Shown: piece after piece, positions 46,111-56,537 of the stretch | Position numbering within the stretch: the stretch's first letter is position 1 | How the letters are laid out: each line of letters starts with the position of its first letter | NCBI GenBank assembly: GCA_016181935.1 | Contig: JACOYI010000003.1 | Location: 35,741-99,740, forward strand | Direction: 5' to 3' | Length of the DNA: 64,000 nt | Origin: Candidatus Niyogibacteria bacterium | Lineage (GTDB): Bacteria > Patescibacteriota > Minisyncoccia > HO2-45-28 | Program-made: the position numbers and the translations under genes | Notes under the pieces: generated by a model | Told to the model about the DNA's origin: nothing | The model's database searches: none | What the model saw: the letters and a program-made list of their open reading frames with translations, nothing else

Positions 46111-48786
46111 ATGGCGCTTGAAAATCCCGAATCAGAGGAGGGAAAGCCGCTAAAATCCGCGCTCGATATCACGAATAAACGGGCGCGGGAAGCCGCGGCC
46201 GAAACTGCCGAACAAGAGCATGAGGAAGCGGTGGTCCAACACCGGCAGGCGCCACCGTTGATGGAAAAGCCGCCGGAAGAGAAAAAAGAAGAAAAGCCGG
46301 AAACCGCTCCGGAAAAAAGAGCGGGTATGGTAGAACGTGCAAAAGGGGCATGGGAAAATTTAAAACAACTCTCACGCAAACATCCGATATGGACCGAGGC
46401 GCTCCGCACGACGGCGAGCGTTGCCGCGTCCATTGCGGGCATCCGGAGTATTTATGATGTTCCAGAATATTTTAGGGAGCGCTTTGCGGTGCGCGGATTT
46501 CGCGGAAAAGGGGGCCTCGACGCGGCAACCGAGAAACTGCTTGCCGCGCGATGGGAATTGAAAAAGGAAAAACCGGCGGAAAAGCGCGGCGAAATCAAAC
46601 ACGCGATCGCTGATCTGAATCGCCGCCTGAAAATGACGAAAGAGGGCGTGAAAAAAGGTTCGGAACAGCGAACGAAACTTGCCGAAATTTTGCGCGAGAA
46701 TCGGCTTGGAGAAAAACAAGTACGCGAAGAGCGGCAGGCGAAAGTCAAAGAAATTCTCGATAATTACACAACCACCAAGGTAACCGGCATGCAGGCGGCG
46801 CGCGAGGCAATGAACTCGGCGTTCGTGGCAACAGGCGCGTTTGCCCTGCGGCCCGTTGCATACGGGCTTATGGAAGGCGCCGAACGCTATCACCGGTTGG
46901 CAAAAGAAGCGCGAGTCAAAGGCGGCAAGGTAAGCATTGTAAAAGACGTATTGGCGCGGGGCATTACGGAAACGTTCAAGGAAGCGGTCGGAAGGGGCGA
47001 GCAAAAAACGAAATTGGAAAAAGGAATGAGCGCCGTGCGCGCGTGGGGCAAGGTCGCGCGCTATGCGGGTATCGGCGCCACATGGCGTCCGGAATCGGCA
47101 GATGAGATGATCGGGAAGGCGCTCGACGCGTTTTCCGGAAGATTGACGTTCGAGAAGATGGGGGAAAATTTCGTTGAAAATATCAATCGGCTGGGAGATA
47201 CGCTGAAAAAGCCGTTTGAATGGGGGGACGCTGAAAAAGCAGAGGTTTCTGCTCCCGCCGCTACGGGCGTTGCGGGACTTGAAGCCGAGATTTCAGGGCC
47301 CCCGCCGGTCGTTGAAGCGATGACGCCGGAAGTCCCGATCGAGACCGCTGTCGAAGCGGGATTTGTCGGACATTTGGAATACCAAGGCGGAAAATCCGTT
47401 TGGAATGAGGGCGAAAAACAGCTCATCCAACGATTCAAAGAATTTAAAACATTGGGCGGTGAGCGTTCATACATGGCCGATGCGCTCAAAACGTACAACA
47501 TTGACCGTATCAAAGACACGATCGCCGAAAATCCCGAAAAGTACGGTCTTTTGGCAAAAGATGCGAATATTGTGACCGCCGAGCAATTGAAGGGCGTCCA
47601 TTGGGATCAGGCGTTTGAGGATACATTCGGAAAATCGGGGCTCACGAAAGAATTGACGCCGGAACAGATCGAGGGGGTTTTGCGGAGTAATTTGTCGATG
47701 AAGGCGGCGCTTGCTCAAAGTGTTGCGGCGCACGAGGCCGCGCCGTTGATGCCCGCAGCAGAGGTTGCGGGGCCATTGCCGGAGCAGTTGGAATACCCGC
47801 CTCCGAATCCGGATGCGTTCGTTCGCGAACAGGAATTGGTGGATATCCGTTCGGTCGAAGGAGAATCGGGTCTTACGGTGCGCGACTATATTGTGACGCG
47901 GCGGGAATCGGTTGTGGGCGGGATGCGGATCGAGGAAGGAGTCGCGGAAGCGCCATCCGGCCTCAAACAATTCAAAGTGGCCGCGTTATGGAATGAAAAA
48001 GCAAACGAGTGGAACGGCGAACCCGTGGAAATTTTGGATCCGTACGGGAAAACCGATGCGCTTCCGAATGCGGAGCGGGTAGCGACGCTGGATACGGAGG
48101 CGCAACAGGTCATTGCAGACCGGAATCGGGATTTCGGGGAGGCGGAGAAAAATATCATTACCGCGCGCCAAACCGCGTTCGGGACGACCGCGGAAGCGGA
48201 GCGCGCAACATTCGAGCGCCTTACGAAAGATTGGGGCATCGAGCGCGACCGATGGGCATCGGAAGATCCTCTTGAATTTTGGAGAAAAAATCCGGCGCTT
48301 GATACAAAAACCCTTGAAAATATCTTTTTTGTCAATCGGATGTCCGGAAATACGTTGGATTGCGAAGTGATCAAAAAATACATCGATAGCGGTTTTCTTC
48401 CGAAAATTCAGGAAACGCTATCGTTGCCGCAAGCAATGGACCTCGTTAAAATTTTGGAATATCCGGAATCGGCAAAAGTTCCGGTGCTGAATGTCATTGG
48501 CGAAGGGTGGCGGGAGAGCGGGCTTTTTTCGGATGTTGAATGGGAAGTAAAAGACGGTAATCTGAAGATCTCATTCGATGTAAAAAACAATCCGGTGGAT
48601 GTGGATCTGTGGATTTCGCGCGACGGCACGATGGCAGTGGATGGCCACGGCATGCGGAATTGGCATCTGGATAAACCGGCGCCGGTATCGGATGTGAATC
48701 TCAAAGAAGCAATGGATTTTATTGTGCGAAAAGACGGGAAAGGCGCGGTGGCGATCCAGCCGGCGAGCGCCGGCCGAGGCCGTTAA
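46111..48786 (+). CDS. Large hypothetical protein
   Basis: 891-aa ORF; charged N-terminus, Ala/Gly-rich helices, acidic C-terminal region. Confidence 0.8.
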   Translation: MALENPESEEGKPLKSALDITNKRAREAAAETAEQEHEEAVVQHRQAPPLMEKPPEEKKEEKPETAPEKRAGMVERAKGAWENLKQLSRKHPIWTEALRTTASVAASIAGIRSIYDVPEYFRERFAVRGFRGKGGLDAATEKLLAARWELKKEKPAEKRGEIKHAIADLNRRLKMTKEGVKKGSEQRTKLAEILRENRLGEKQVREERQAKVKEILDNYTTTKVTGMQAAREAMNSAFVATGAFALRPVAYGLMEGAERYHRLAKEARVKGGKVSIVKDVLARGITETFKEAVGRGEQKTKLEKGMSAVRAWGKVARYAGIGATWRPESADEMIGKALDAFSGRLTFEKMGENFVENINRLGDTLKKPFEWGDAEKAEVSAPAATGVAGLEAEISGPPPVVEAMTPEVPIETAVEAGFVGHLEYQGGKSVWNEGEKQLIQRFKEFKTLGGERSYMADALKTYNIDRIKDTIAENPEKYGLLAKDANIVTAEQLKGVHWDQAFEDTFGKSGLTKELTPEQIEGVLRSNLSMKAALAQSVAAHEAAPLMPAAEVAGPLPEQLEYPPPNPDAFVREQELVDIRSVEGESGLTVRDYIVTRRESVVGGMRIEEGVAEAPSGLKQFKVAALWNEKANEWNGEPVEILDPYGKTDALPNAERVATLDTEAQQVIADRNRDFGEAEKNIITARQTAFGTTAEAERATFERLTKDWGIERDRWASEDPLEFWRKNPALDTKTLENIFFVNRMSGNTLDCEVIKKYIDSGFLPKIQETLSLPQAMDLVKILEYPESAKVPVLNVIGEGWRESGLFSDVEWEVKDGNLKISFDVKNNPVDVDLWISRDGTMAVDGHGMRNWHLDKPAPVSDVNLKEAMDFIVRKDGKGAVAIQPASAGRGR

Positions 48787-48790
48787 ATTC

Positions 48791-48834
48791 CCCCAAGGGT
48801 AGTCCTTTTCTGACCCGCAGGACTACCCTTGGGG
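48791..48834. repeat. REP-like palindrome, family R, copy 3
   Basis: CCCCAAGGGTAGTCCT-TTTCTGACCCGC-AGGACTACCCTTGGGG. Confidence 0.9.
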
Positions 48835-48887
48835 CGGATATGTAAAAACCCCCCGAGCCGGAAACGGCTCGGGGGTTGTTCGCTGCA

Positions 48888-49787
48888 TCACTTCGGCTGT
48901 GGCTTCAGCATCTCGGGGCTCAGGATGAACTGCTGGCTCGATGGCACCAGCATCACGCTGACGTTCGGCGCCAGCTTGCTCGCGAAGATGTACTGAACGA
49001 GTTGCGGCGAGAGCGACTCGGCGAGCTTTTTGTTGGCCTCGGCCTGTTTGGAGGCGGTGATCAGGATCGCTTCTCCGGCGCCGCGGGCCGTTTCGATCGC
49101 CTGATCGGCCTTGGCTTTTTCACTCGCGACCTTTTCCCGCTCTGCAAGCGCGAGCTGGCTCTGCCTCTGCTTTTCCTCGATCGCGTTCTGGAACTCCGCG
49201 CTGAAGGAGATGTTGTCGATCAGTAGATCTTGAACGGCGATCGAGTGGATCATGAGCTCGGTCGTCAGGCGTTCGCGAACCTCCTTGCGGATGGCTTCGC
49301 GATTCGGTGCGATCTGGACACTCGAATACCGGACGGTCGCATCCTTGAACGCCTGCAGGACGCGCGGGCGCACGAGGACGTCAAAGTACTCCGGGCCCAC
49401 TTCGCGGTACAGTTCCTGGATGTTCTCGGGCGAGACCTGAATGTTGATGGTGGCGGCCACGAACACGTCCTGCGTTTCGAGACTGAAAGAATCCAGCTTG
49501 TCGAACTTGTGGCCCTGCACCTGAATCGAAGCCCTGGTGATGCTTCTCCATGGCGCGACCCATTGCAGGCCGTCGCTGGTCTGGTTCACGATGGCGCCGA
49601 ATGAATAGACGATGCCCACGTGGCCGGCCGGAACTTGGTAGGCCGAGTTCCAGCCGGTCCACAGAAGGGCCGTGACCGCGGCGACCCACAACGCGATGCT
49701 CCGCGGAAACGGCGCGCGCGTTCCGGCGGTAGTGGCGTAAAGCACGCCGCCCACCATGACGAAAAGGACAGAGATGAGGTAGCCCAT
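48888..49787 (-). CDS. SPFH/prohibitin (band 7) family protein
   Basis: VPAGHVGI, GLQWVAPW, FSAEFQNAIEEKQ, AEA-rich coil. Confidence 0.9.
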   Translation of the reverse strand: MGYLISVLFVMVGGVLYATTAGTRAPFPRSIALWVAAVTALLWTGWNSAYQVPAGHVGIVYSFGAIVNQTSDGLQWVAPWRSITRASIQVQGHKFDKLDSFSLETQDVFVAATINIQVSPENIQELYREVGPEYFDVLVRPRVLQAFKDATVRYSSVQIAPNREAIRKEVRERLTTELMIHSIAVQDLLIDNISFSAEFQNAIEEKQRQSQLALAEREKVASEKAKADQAIETARGAGEAILITASKQAEANKKLAESLSPQLVQYIFASKLAPNVSVMLVPSSQQFILSPEMLKPQPK

Positions 49788-49892
49788 GGCATTTTCCTTT
49801 TTGAAAGGTGCCGCTGCATTCCCGCAGCTGGGGTGTCGCTTGGCGCGACTCTGGAAAGAACTAACTTCTTATACCTTAAAAGGATTATTTTG

Positions 49893-50501
49893 TCAACTAT
49901 GCGCGACGACGGCGCCGATGACGGTCTGGGCGCCGGATTTTTTTAATGCGCGCGCGGCTTCGATGAGCGTCGCGCCGGTGGTGGAAATGTCGTCCACGAT
50001 AATGACGGTTTTTTGCGGAATATGATCACCCCGCGCCGCAAACGCGCCGCGCAAATTTTTCAATCGTTCGTTGCGCTTGAGCGTTGATTGCGGCGGCGTT
50101 TCGCGGATTTTAACAAGCGCATCCGCAAATGGCAGATTCAACTGCGCCGCGAGCGCGCGTCCCAACAGTTCGGCTTGATTGAATCCGCGCTCGTGCCGGC
50201 GCGCGGCGGTTGTAGGGATTGCGACGATTTCGGTATCGCGAGGATTTTTTTTGAGCGCATCCGCGAGTAATTCCGCAAGCGCCGAAGCAATGTCGCGCGA
50301 ACCGCGGTACTTCAATTGTTTGAGCGCTCGTTTAATGCCGTCGTTTTGGTATGGAATGCAGGCATAAACCTGCATTCCGGCGTCTAGCCGATAGGTTTGC
50401 GGCGTACATTGCGAAGCGCAGGCGGTGCATATATAAGAACCGCTCCCTCCGCACCCGAAACAGAAACGCGGAAAGAGTATTTGGGCGCAAAAATCCCACA
50501 T
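49893..50501 (-). CDS. comF: Competence protein ComF (start uncertain)
   Basis: LFPRFCFGC..IC..C, ERGFNQAE, IIVDDISTTGATL. Confidence 0.93.
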   Translation of the reverse strand: MWDFCAQILFPRFCFGCGGSGSYICTACASQCTPQTYRLDAGMQVYACIPYQNDGIKRALKQLKYRGSRDIASALAELLADALKKNPRDTEIVAIPTTAARRHERGFNQAELLGRALAAQLNLPFADALVKIRETPPQSTLKRNERLKNLRGAFAARGDHIPQKTVIIVDDISTTGATLIEAARALKKSGAQTVIGAVVAHS

Positions 50502-50572
50502 TTTGTGGATAAGTCGAAGTCCTTGCATGTTATTGTATGATACGCTGAATACAGGCGACGGCCTACGCATGC

Positions 50573-51706
50573 ATGCCCGACTTTTCATTCCTCAAGAATT
50601 TACCGGGTATTCCGAAGTTCCCGCCGTTTTTTAAACGCGAGTCGAGCGTGCTTGGAATTGACGTCGGTTCCTCGTCCATTAAAATCGTTCAGCTTCGCCG
50701 CGAACAAGAGCGCGCCGTGCTGGAGACCTACGGCGAACTGTCGCTCGGTCCCTACGGAAGCGTTGCCGGAGGACAAGCGGTGCGCCTGACCGAGGACAAA
50801 GCAAAAGAAGCGCTCGCCGATCTGATGCGGGAAGCGGGCGTCAAGGCGAAAAGCGCGGTCGTCGCGATACCGCTTCGCGCAAGTTTTGTAACCGTGATCG
50901 AAATGCCGCAAATGGAAAAAAAGGAATTGAAAGAGGCGGTGGAATATGAATTGCGCCGGTATATACCGGTGCCGCTCGCCGAGGTGTTGCTCGATTGGTG
51001 GGTGATTCCGGAAGGATTTGCGGTGAGCTCGGAAGAAGTGGGGGACGAGGGGCTGGTGAAAAAGAAAAAGTTCATTTCCGTACTTATTGCCGCGATCTAC
51101 AGCGATGTGATCGAAAAATACCGGTCCTTCATCACGGCGGCGGGACTGTCCATCGCCGCCTACGAGATCGAAGTGTTCAGCGCCGTGCGTTCTCTTCTCG
51201 GCAATGAATTGGCGCCGGTTCTGATCCTTGATTTCGGGGCGTCGTCCACCAAGATCGCGGTCGTGGATTACGGCATCGTGCGGATGGCGTATTCGTACGA
51301 GCACGGGTTTCAGGAATTGACCGAAAGCATTGCGCGGTCTTTGGGCGTGGATTTTGCCCGCGCCGAAGAAATGAAACGGACGATCGGTCTTTCCGATAAA
51401 CCCGAGCATCGGGAATTGCAAAACGCCATTCTGCCGACGCTCGACCTCATGTTCGTGGAAGCCGGCCGGGTGCTTCTCGATTACCGGCGCCGGACCGGAC
51501 GATCGATCACGCGTGTGATCATTCACGGCGGGGGCGCCGCACTCAAAGGGCTTCCGGAAAAGATCGCGCAGAAATTCGGCATCGAAGTGAATCTGGCGGA
51601 GCCCTTCAACCGTTTGAAATATCCGTTGCTGGTTCAGCCTGTGGTAAAAGAGGTTGGTCCGCCGTTTTCCACCGCCATCGGATTGGCGCTCCGCGGTCTT
51701 AAATAA
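50573..51706 (+). CDS. pilM: Type IV pilus assembly protein PilM
   Basis: LGIDVGSSSIK, LDFGASST, GGGA actin-like motifs. Confidence 0.92.
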   Translation: MPDFSFLKNLPGIPKFPPFFKRESSVLGIDVGSSSIKIVQLRREQERAVLETYGELSLGPYGSVAGGQAVRLTEDKAKEALADLMREAGVKAKSAVVAIPLRASFVTVIEMPQMEKKELKEAVEYELRRYIPVPLAEVLLDWWVIPEGFAVSSEEVGDEGLVKKKKFISVLIAAIYSDVIEKYRSFITAAGLSIAAYEIEVFSAVRSLLGNELAPVLILDFGASSTKIAVVDYGIVRMAYSYEHGFQELTESIARSLGVDFARAEEMKRTIGLSDKPEHRELQNAILPTLDLMFVEAGRVLLDYRRRTGRSITRVIIHGGGAALKGLPEKIAQKFGIEVNLAEPFNRLKYPLLVQPVVKEVGPPFSTAIGLALRGLK

Positions 51707-51743
51707 TTTTTTAGTTTTTATATTTTAATTTTTAAATCGAAAC

Positions 51744-52328
51744 GTGCCTGTCGAACAACCCACATTCATTCCCCGAACACCGATCCCGCCGTCCGGCAGG
51801 CGGGGAACGGGTATTGGATGGTTCGTAACGTTCGGTTTTTTGGCGCTCATCGTGTCCGTTTTAATGACGGCGGGGTTATGGCTGTATCGCGGACTTTTAA
51901 TGTCGCAGATCGACGGGTACACCGAAACATTGAAACAGGTGGAAAGCGAATTCGAGCCGTCATTGATCTTAGAATTGCGCCGTACTGCGCAGGCGATCGA
52001 TGTGGGCCGCGAATTGCTGAAAAATCACGTGGCGACATCGCGCCTTTTGAAATTCATCGAAGACAATACGCTTCCCGAAACCAGTTTCTCACGGTTCATT
52101 TATAAAGACGGGACGCTCGTGCTTTCGGGTTCCGCGCGGTCGTACGCGTCTTTGGCGCAGCAAGCGCGCGTATTTGAAGAATCGCCATTCCTTGAGCGCG
52201 CGACGTTTTCGGATTTTACGCTGGGCTCGGGCGGACTCGTGAATTTCCGCGCGGAACTCGTGATCGAACCCGAGCTTATCACTTACACCGGCGCCGCGGG
52301 CGCCGCAACAACAACCCAAGGAGATTGA
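51744..52328 (+). CDS. PilN-like protein
   Basis: Single TM, coiled coil, LSGSA motif; position after pilM. Confidence 0.7.
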   Translation: MPVEQPTFIPRTPIPPSGRRGTGIGWFVTFGFLALIVSVLMTAGLWLYRGLLMSQIDGYTETLKQVESEFEPSLILELRRTAQAIDVGRELLKNHVATSRLLKFIEDNTLPETSFSRFIYKDGTLVLSGSARSYASLAQQARVFEESPFLERATFSDFTLGSGGLVNFRAELVIEPELITYTGAAGAATTTQGD

Positions 52329-52329
52329 T

Positions 52330-52875
52330 ATGCGTTTGATCATCGCATCATTATTGTTCGCCTCCTCGATCGCCGTATTCATATTCGGGGTGCGTCCCGT
52401 GTGGCAGGACATCGGAACATTGGGCGCAAAAAAGGATACATTCAGTACGACGATCGAGCGCATCAACGAACTTCGTCGAGCGCGCGATACGCTGATCCAA
52501 ACCTATAATTCCATTTCGCAAACCGACATCCGGCGCGTCAAAAAAATTCTGCCTGATACGCTCAATTCCGGCCTCATTCTCGTTGAATTGTCCAATCTGG
52601 CGTCGCAAAGCGGATTTTTGCTGAAAAGCACGGATGTTTCCGCAGCCGCCGGACGTTCGGGCGCTCCGGTCGTTCGCGGCGCAAACCAGCGTTTTGCCGA
52701 GGTGCAACTGAAACTCGTCGTATCGGGCCCCTATGAGCGATTCCGGTCCTTTTTGCAGAATTTAGAAAAAAACTTGCGCATCATCGATGTAACATCGCTG
52801 TCCTTTACGTCGCCGGGGCAGCCCAGCGCCTCCGTGGATTTTTCCATAGAGGCGAAAAGCTATACACAACCATAA
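52330..52875 (+). CDS. pilO: Type IV pilus protein PilO
   Basis: ILP, GPYERFRSFLQNLEKNLRII. Confidence 0.8.
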   Translation: MRLIIASLLFASSIAVFIFGVRPVWQDIGTLGAKKDTFSTTIERINELRRARDTLIQTYNSISQTDIRRVKKILPDTLNSGLILVELSNLASQSGFLLKSTDVSAAAGRSGAPVVRGANQRFAEVQLKLVVSGPYERFRSFLQNLEKNLRIIDVTSLSFTSPGQPSASVDFSIEAKSYTQP

Positions 52876-52877
52876 GT

Positions 52878-53171
52878 ATGTGGAAACGAACGCTTGTTTT
52901 GGGGATCATCATCATCGGCGTAGGGGCGGCCGCGCTTTTTTGGCAGCGTTTTTTGCGTTCGCGTTCCGTAGAACCCGTGGTCCGGACGAATGGGCAGGCG
53001 GCAGGTTCGCAAGAATTGCTGACTCTGTTGGGTTCGCTCGAGGGGCTTACATTCGACACCTCATTTTTTGACGACCGTCTGTACAAAAGTTTGCAGGATT
53101 TTTCACCCGAGATTCAGGTCCCGCAAACGCGCGGGTCGCAAAATCCCTTTGTCGCGCCATCCGGCCGATAG
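52878..53171 (+). CDS. Small pilus-cluster protein, PilP-like position
   Basis: N-terminal TM, C-terminal NPF. Confidence 0.6.
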   Translation: MWKRTLVLGIIIIGVGAAALFWQRFLRSRSVEPVVRTNGQAAGSQELLTLLGSLEGLTFDTSFFDDRLYKSLQDFSPEIQVPQTRGSQNPFVAPSGR

Positions 53172-53176
53172 CCCGT

Positions 53177-54886
53177 ATGGACACCGCTTTCGTTGACCGC
53201 TTGGTGGAACGAGGGCTCATCACCGAGCGCGATGCGCTCGGCGTGAAGCGTGAAGCGGCGGACGACGCCGCGTTTGAGCGGTTGCTTCTTGCGCGCGGCG
53301 TTTCCGAGTCGGACGTGCTCGGCGTCAAGAGCGAATTTTACGGCGTTCCGGCATTTGAATTGCAGGGTTCGAAAGTGAACGCCGAAGTATTGAAAAATAT
53401 TCCCGAGGAATCCGCGCGCCACTACCGATTTATACCGCTCGGCATCCGGGACGGCGTATTGGAATTGGGGATGGCGGATCCGTCGAACATCGAAGCACGG
53501 GAAGCGATCAAATTCATTGCGGCCAAAAACAATATCCCGTACAAAATTTACGTCATTTCGGCGTCGGACTTAAACGCCGTCCTTGAGGAATACAAAAGTT
53601 TGGGGGGCGAGGTGACAAAAGTTCTTTCCGAATTCGAGCTCGCGGTTTCCGGAGAAAAACTCACGATCCCGACGCTCGAAGCGGCCGAAAATGTGCTAGT
53701 GGAGGAAGCGCCCGTGACCAAAATGGTGGCGGTCATTATTCGCCACGCGACCGAAGGCAAGGCGTCGGATATCCACATTGAGCCGTCGCGCGATAAATTA
53801 CGCGTCCGGTTCCGGGTGGACGGGGTGCTCTACACCAGTTTGATTTTGCCGATGGCGATCCACGAATCGCTCGTATCGCGGATCAAGATCATGACGAAAC
53901 TGCTTTTGGATGAAAAACGAAAGCCGCAGGACGGCCGGTTCAGCGCGCAGGTGGACCAGCGCCAGATCGATTTTCGCGTCTCCACGTTTCCGACCGCATT
54001 CGGCGAAAAAGTCGCGGTCCGCATTTTGGATCCGGAAACCGCCATTTTATCGCTTCCGGAACTGGGATTGGAAGGGGAGAATCTCTCGGCTGTTGAGGAG
54101 GCGCTCGCGCGTCCCTACGGCATGATCTTGGTCACGGGTCCTACGGGGTCCGGAAAGACGACGACGCTTTATGCGATGCTCCAAACATTGAACCGCGAGC
54201 GCTACAATATCGTGAGTTTGGAGGACCCGATCGAATATAATATTGAGGGCGTCAATCAATCGCAGGTGCGCCCCGAGATCGGCTACACATTCGCGAACGG
54301 CCTTCGTTCCATCTTGCGTCAGGACCCTGATATAATGCTGGTAGGCGAGATCCGCGACAAGGAAACGGCGGAACTCGCGATCCATTCGGCGCTCACCGGA
54401 CATCTGGTTCTCTCAACGCTCCATACGAATGACGCGATCGGGGCCGTTACGCGATTGATGGATATGGGGGTGGAGCCGTTTTTATTGGCGCCGACGCTCG
54501 CTTGCGTCATTGGCCAGCGGCTCGTGCAAACGTTATGCGCCGAATCGCGCGAGCCCATGAAAGTGGAGGGGACGCTCGAAGAGCGCCTGGAAGCCGAGCT
54601 CGCGGATATTCCTGCGCTCATGCGCAAAAAGATCGAATTGCCGAAAGATGTGTATGAGGCGTTGCCGTCCGCTGTGTGCCCCAAGGGTACGCGGGGGCGC
54701 CTCGGCGTATTTGAAGTGCTATCCACGACAAAAGAATTCGAGCGCGTTATTTTGCGGGAGCCGACCCAAGAGGCCATTCAAGCGGAGTTTCGCCGGCAAG
54801 GGCGCCTGACCATGCGGGAAGACGGGATCATGAAAGTACTCGACGGCCGGGTCGGGCTTGAGCAATTGGTGCAGATCACATTGTAA
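53177..54886 (+). CDS. pilB: Pilus assembly ATPase PilB/GspE
   Basis: ASDIHIEP, PQDGRF, GPTGSGKTTT, LRQDPD, LSTLHTND. Confidence 0.95.
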   Translation: MDTAFVDRLVERGLITERDALGVKREAADDAAFERLLLARGVSESDVLGVKSEFYGVPAFELQGSKVNAEVLKNIPEESARHYRFIPLGIRDGVLELGMADPSNIEAREAIKFIAAKNNIPYKIYVISASDLNAVLEEYKSLGGEVTKVLSEFELAVSGEKLTIPTLEAAENVLVEEAPVTKMVAVIIRHATEGKASDIHIEPSRDKLRVRFRVDGVLYTSLILPMAIHESLVSRIKIMTKLLLDEKRKPQDGRFSAQVDQRQIDFRVSTFPTAFGEKVAVRILDPETAILSLPELGLEGENLSAVEEALARPYGMILVTGPTGSGKTTTLYAMLQTLNRERYNIVSLEDPIEYNIEGVNQSQVRPEIGYTFANGLRSILRQDPDIMLVGEIRDKETAELAIHSALTGHLVLSTLHTNDAIGAVTRLMDMGVEPFLLAPTLACVIGQRLVQTLCAESREPMKVEGTLEERLEAELADIPALMRKKIELPKDVYEALPSAVCPKGTRGRLGVFEVLSTTKEFERVILREPTQEAIQAEFRRQGRLTMREDGIMKVLDGRVGLEQLVQITL

Positions 54887-54908
54887 CGGAGATAAAAACA
54901 AATCACCT

Positions 54909-55289
54909 ATGGCGAACGGAAAAAAGGTTTTGATCATTGACGACGACGAATTTTTACTGGACATGTACGCGGTCAAATTCCGCGAATCGGGTTTTGATGT
55001 TCAGGTGGCCTCATCCGGCGGCGATGCGGAGGCCGCGATAAAAAACGGTTTCTCGCCTGACGTGATCCTCTTGGATCTTGTGATGCCGGGCATGGACGGT
55101 TTTGATTTTTTGAAATCCATAAAGACCTTGAGACCCGCATTGCATGCCAAGGTCGTCATTCTTACGAATTTAGGGCAGAAAGAGGATATCGATAAAGGAT
55201 TAAAACTCGGCGCCGCCGATTACATCGTAAAAGCGCATCATACGCCGTCGGAGGTGGTCAATAAAGTCAGCGCGATGCTCTCGACATGA
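54909..55289 (+). CDS. Single-domain response regulator
   Basis: IIDDD, LLDLVMP, ILTN, YIVK. Confidence 0.92.
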   Translation: MANGKKVLIIDDDEFLLDMYAVKFRESGFDVQVASSGGDAEAAIKNGFSPDVILLDLVMPGMDGFDFLKSIKTLRPALHAKVVILTNLGQKEDIDKGLKLGAADYIVKAHHTPSEVVNKVSAMLST

Positions 55290-56350
55290 ACGACCACAAA
55301 ACAAAACTCGACGCGCTCGCGATCCAGACCGCGTCTCAAGGCGCATCGGATTTGCATCTGTCCGTAGGCCGTCATCCGGCGCTCCGGATTGCGGGCGTTC
55401 TTTCGCCGCTTTCCTCGGAGCCGTTATTGACGCGCGAGGATACGGAAGGGATGGTGTTTTCCATTTTGACCGACGATCAAAAGGCGCGCCTTGCGCGGGA
55501 TCGGACCGTTGATTTTTCGTATGCGGTGGAAGACCGCGCCCGTTTCAGGGTCAACGCATTTTTTGAGCGCGGATTTGTTTCCGTGGCGTTCCGGCTGATC
55601 CCCGTCAAAATCCCGACGCTTGACGAGTTGAATCTGCCCCCGATCCTTGCGGATTTCGCCCGCCGCCCCCAGGGATTTTTTCTGGTGGTCGGCCCTACGG
55701 GACACGGAAAATCCACGACGCTTGCGTCCATGGTGGACGTCATCAATCACGAGCGTGCGGAGCATATTTTAACGATCGAGGATCCGATCGAATATATTTT
55801 TTCGGACGATAAATCCATTATCAATCAGCGCGAAGTGGGCACCGATGCCGCTGATTTTCCGTCGGCGCTCCGCTCGTTGTTCCGGGAGGACGTGAACGTC
55901 GCGATGATCGGGGAGATGCGCGATTCCGAAACGATCTCGACGGCCGTCACGGCGGCCGAAACCGGCCACCTGATCCTGTCGTCGCTTCACACCAACAGCG
56001 CCTCTCAAACGGTCCACCGCATCATTGATGCATTTCCGTCGGACCAGCAAACCCAGATCCGTTCCCAGCTGTCGAGCACGCTTCTCGGCGTTTTTTCACA
56101 GCGGTTATTGCCGAGGATCTCGGGCGGACGGGTCCCTGCGTATGAGATGCTTATTGCGAACACGGCCGTGCGCAACCTCATTCGGGAAAATAAAGTCCAT
56201 GAGATCGATCTGTTCATTGAGACGAGCTCCTCGGAAGGCATGATGAGTTTGAATCAATCGTTGGTCGAACTGGTGCGCAAGGGAGAGATCACGCTCGAGG
56301 CCGCGCGCGATTATTCATTGAATGTGAAGGGACTCGAACATCTATTATAA
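55286..56350 (+). CDS. pilT: Pilus retraction ATPase PilT
   Basis: ASDLHL, GPTGHGKSTT, GEMRD, AETGHL, AVRNLIRE. Confidence 0.95.
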   Translation: MNDHKTKLDALAIQTASQGASDLHLSVGRHPALRIAGVLSPLSSEPLLTREDTEGMVFSILTDDQKARLARDRTVDFSYAVEDRARFRVNAFFERGFVSVAFRLIPVKIPTLDELNLPPILADFARRPQGFFLVVGPTGHGKSTTLASMVDVINHERAEHILTIEDPIEYIFSDDKSIINQREVGTDAADFPSALRSLFREDVNVAMIGEMRDSETISTAVTAAETGHLILSSLHTNSASQTVHRIIDAFPSDQQTQIRSQLSSTLLGVFSQRLLPRISGGRVPAYEMLIANTAVRNLIRENKVHEIDLFIETSSSEGMMSLNQSLVELVRKGEITLEAARDYSLNVKGLEHLL

Positions 56351-56362
56351 TGAATCCTATGC

Positions 56363-56533
56363 ATGCAAGTTTTGCCGATAGCGATTCTCGACACGCGGGA
56401 CTGCCCCTGCGAGGCATTCCCGCTCTGTCCTCGGCTCGCTCGTTTCGCTTAAACGCTACGCGTGATTATAAGCGAAACGCCGTGCCCGCTCGCCTGCGGA
56501 CGGTCTCGAATTCACTATCGGCAAATCTTGCGT
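56363..56533 (-). repeat. Structured repeat family X, copy 2 (inverted)
   Basis: Long terminal inverted repeat; minus strand carries CCGCAGGCG, GCACGGCG, TATAAT and GCCGAGGAC in the same order. Confidence 0.75.
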
Positions 56534-56537
56534 AAAT

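Noticed and set aside
56350-56535. 61-aa ORF between pilT and pilC, and the extended gatC start at 63597
   Set aside because: Both coincide with family X structured repeats.
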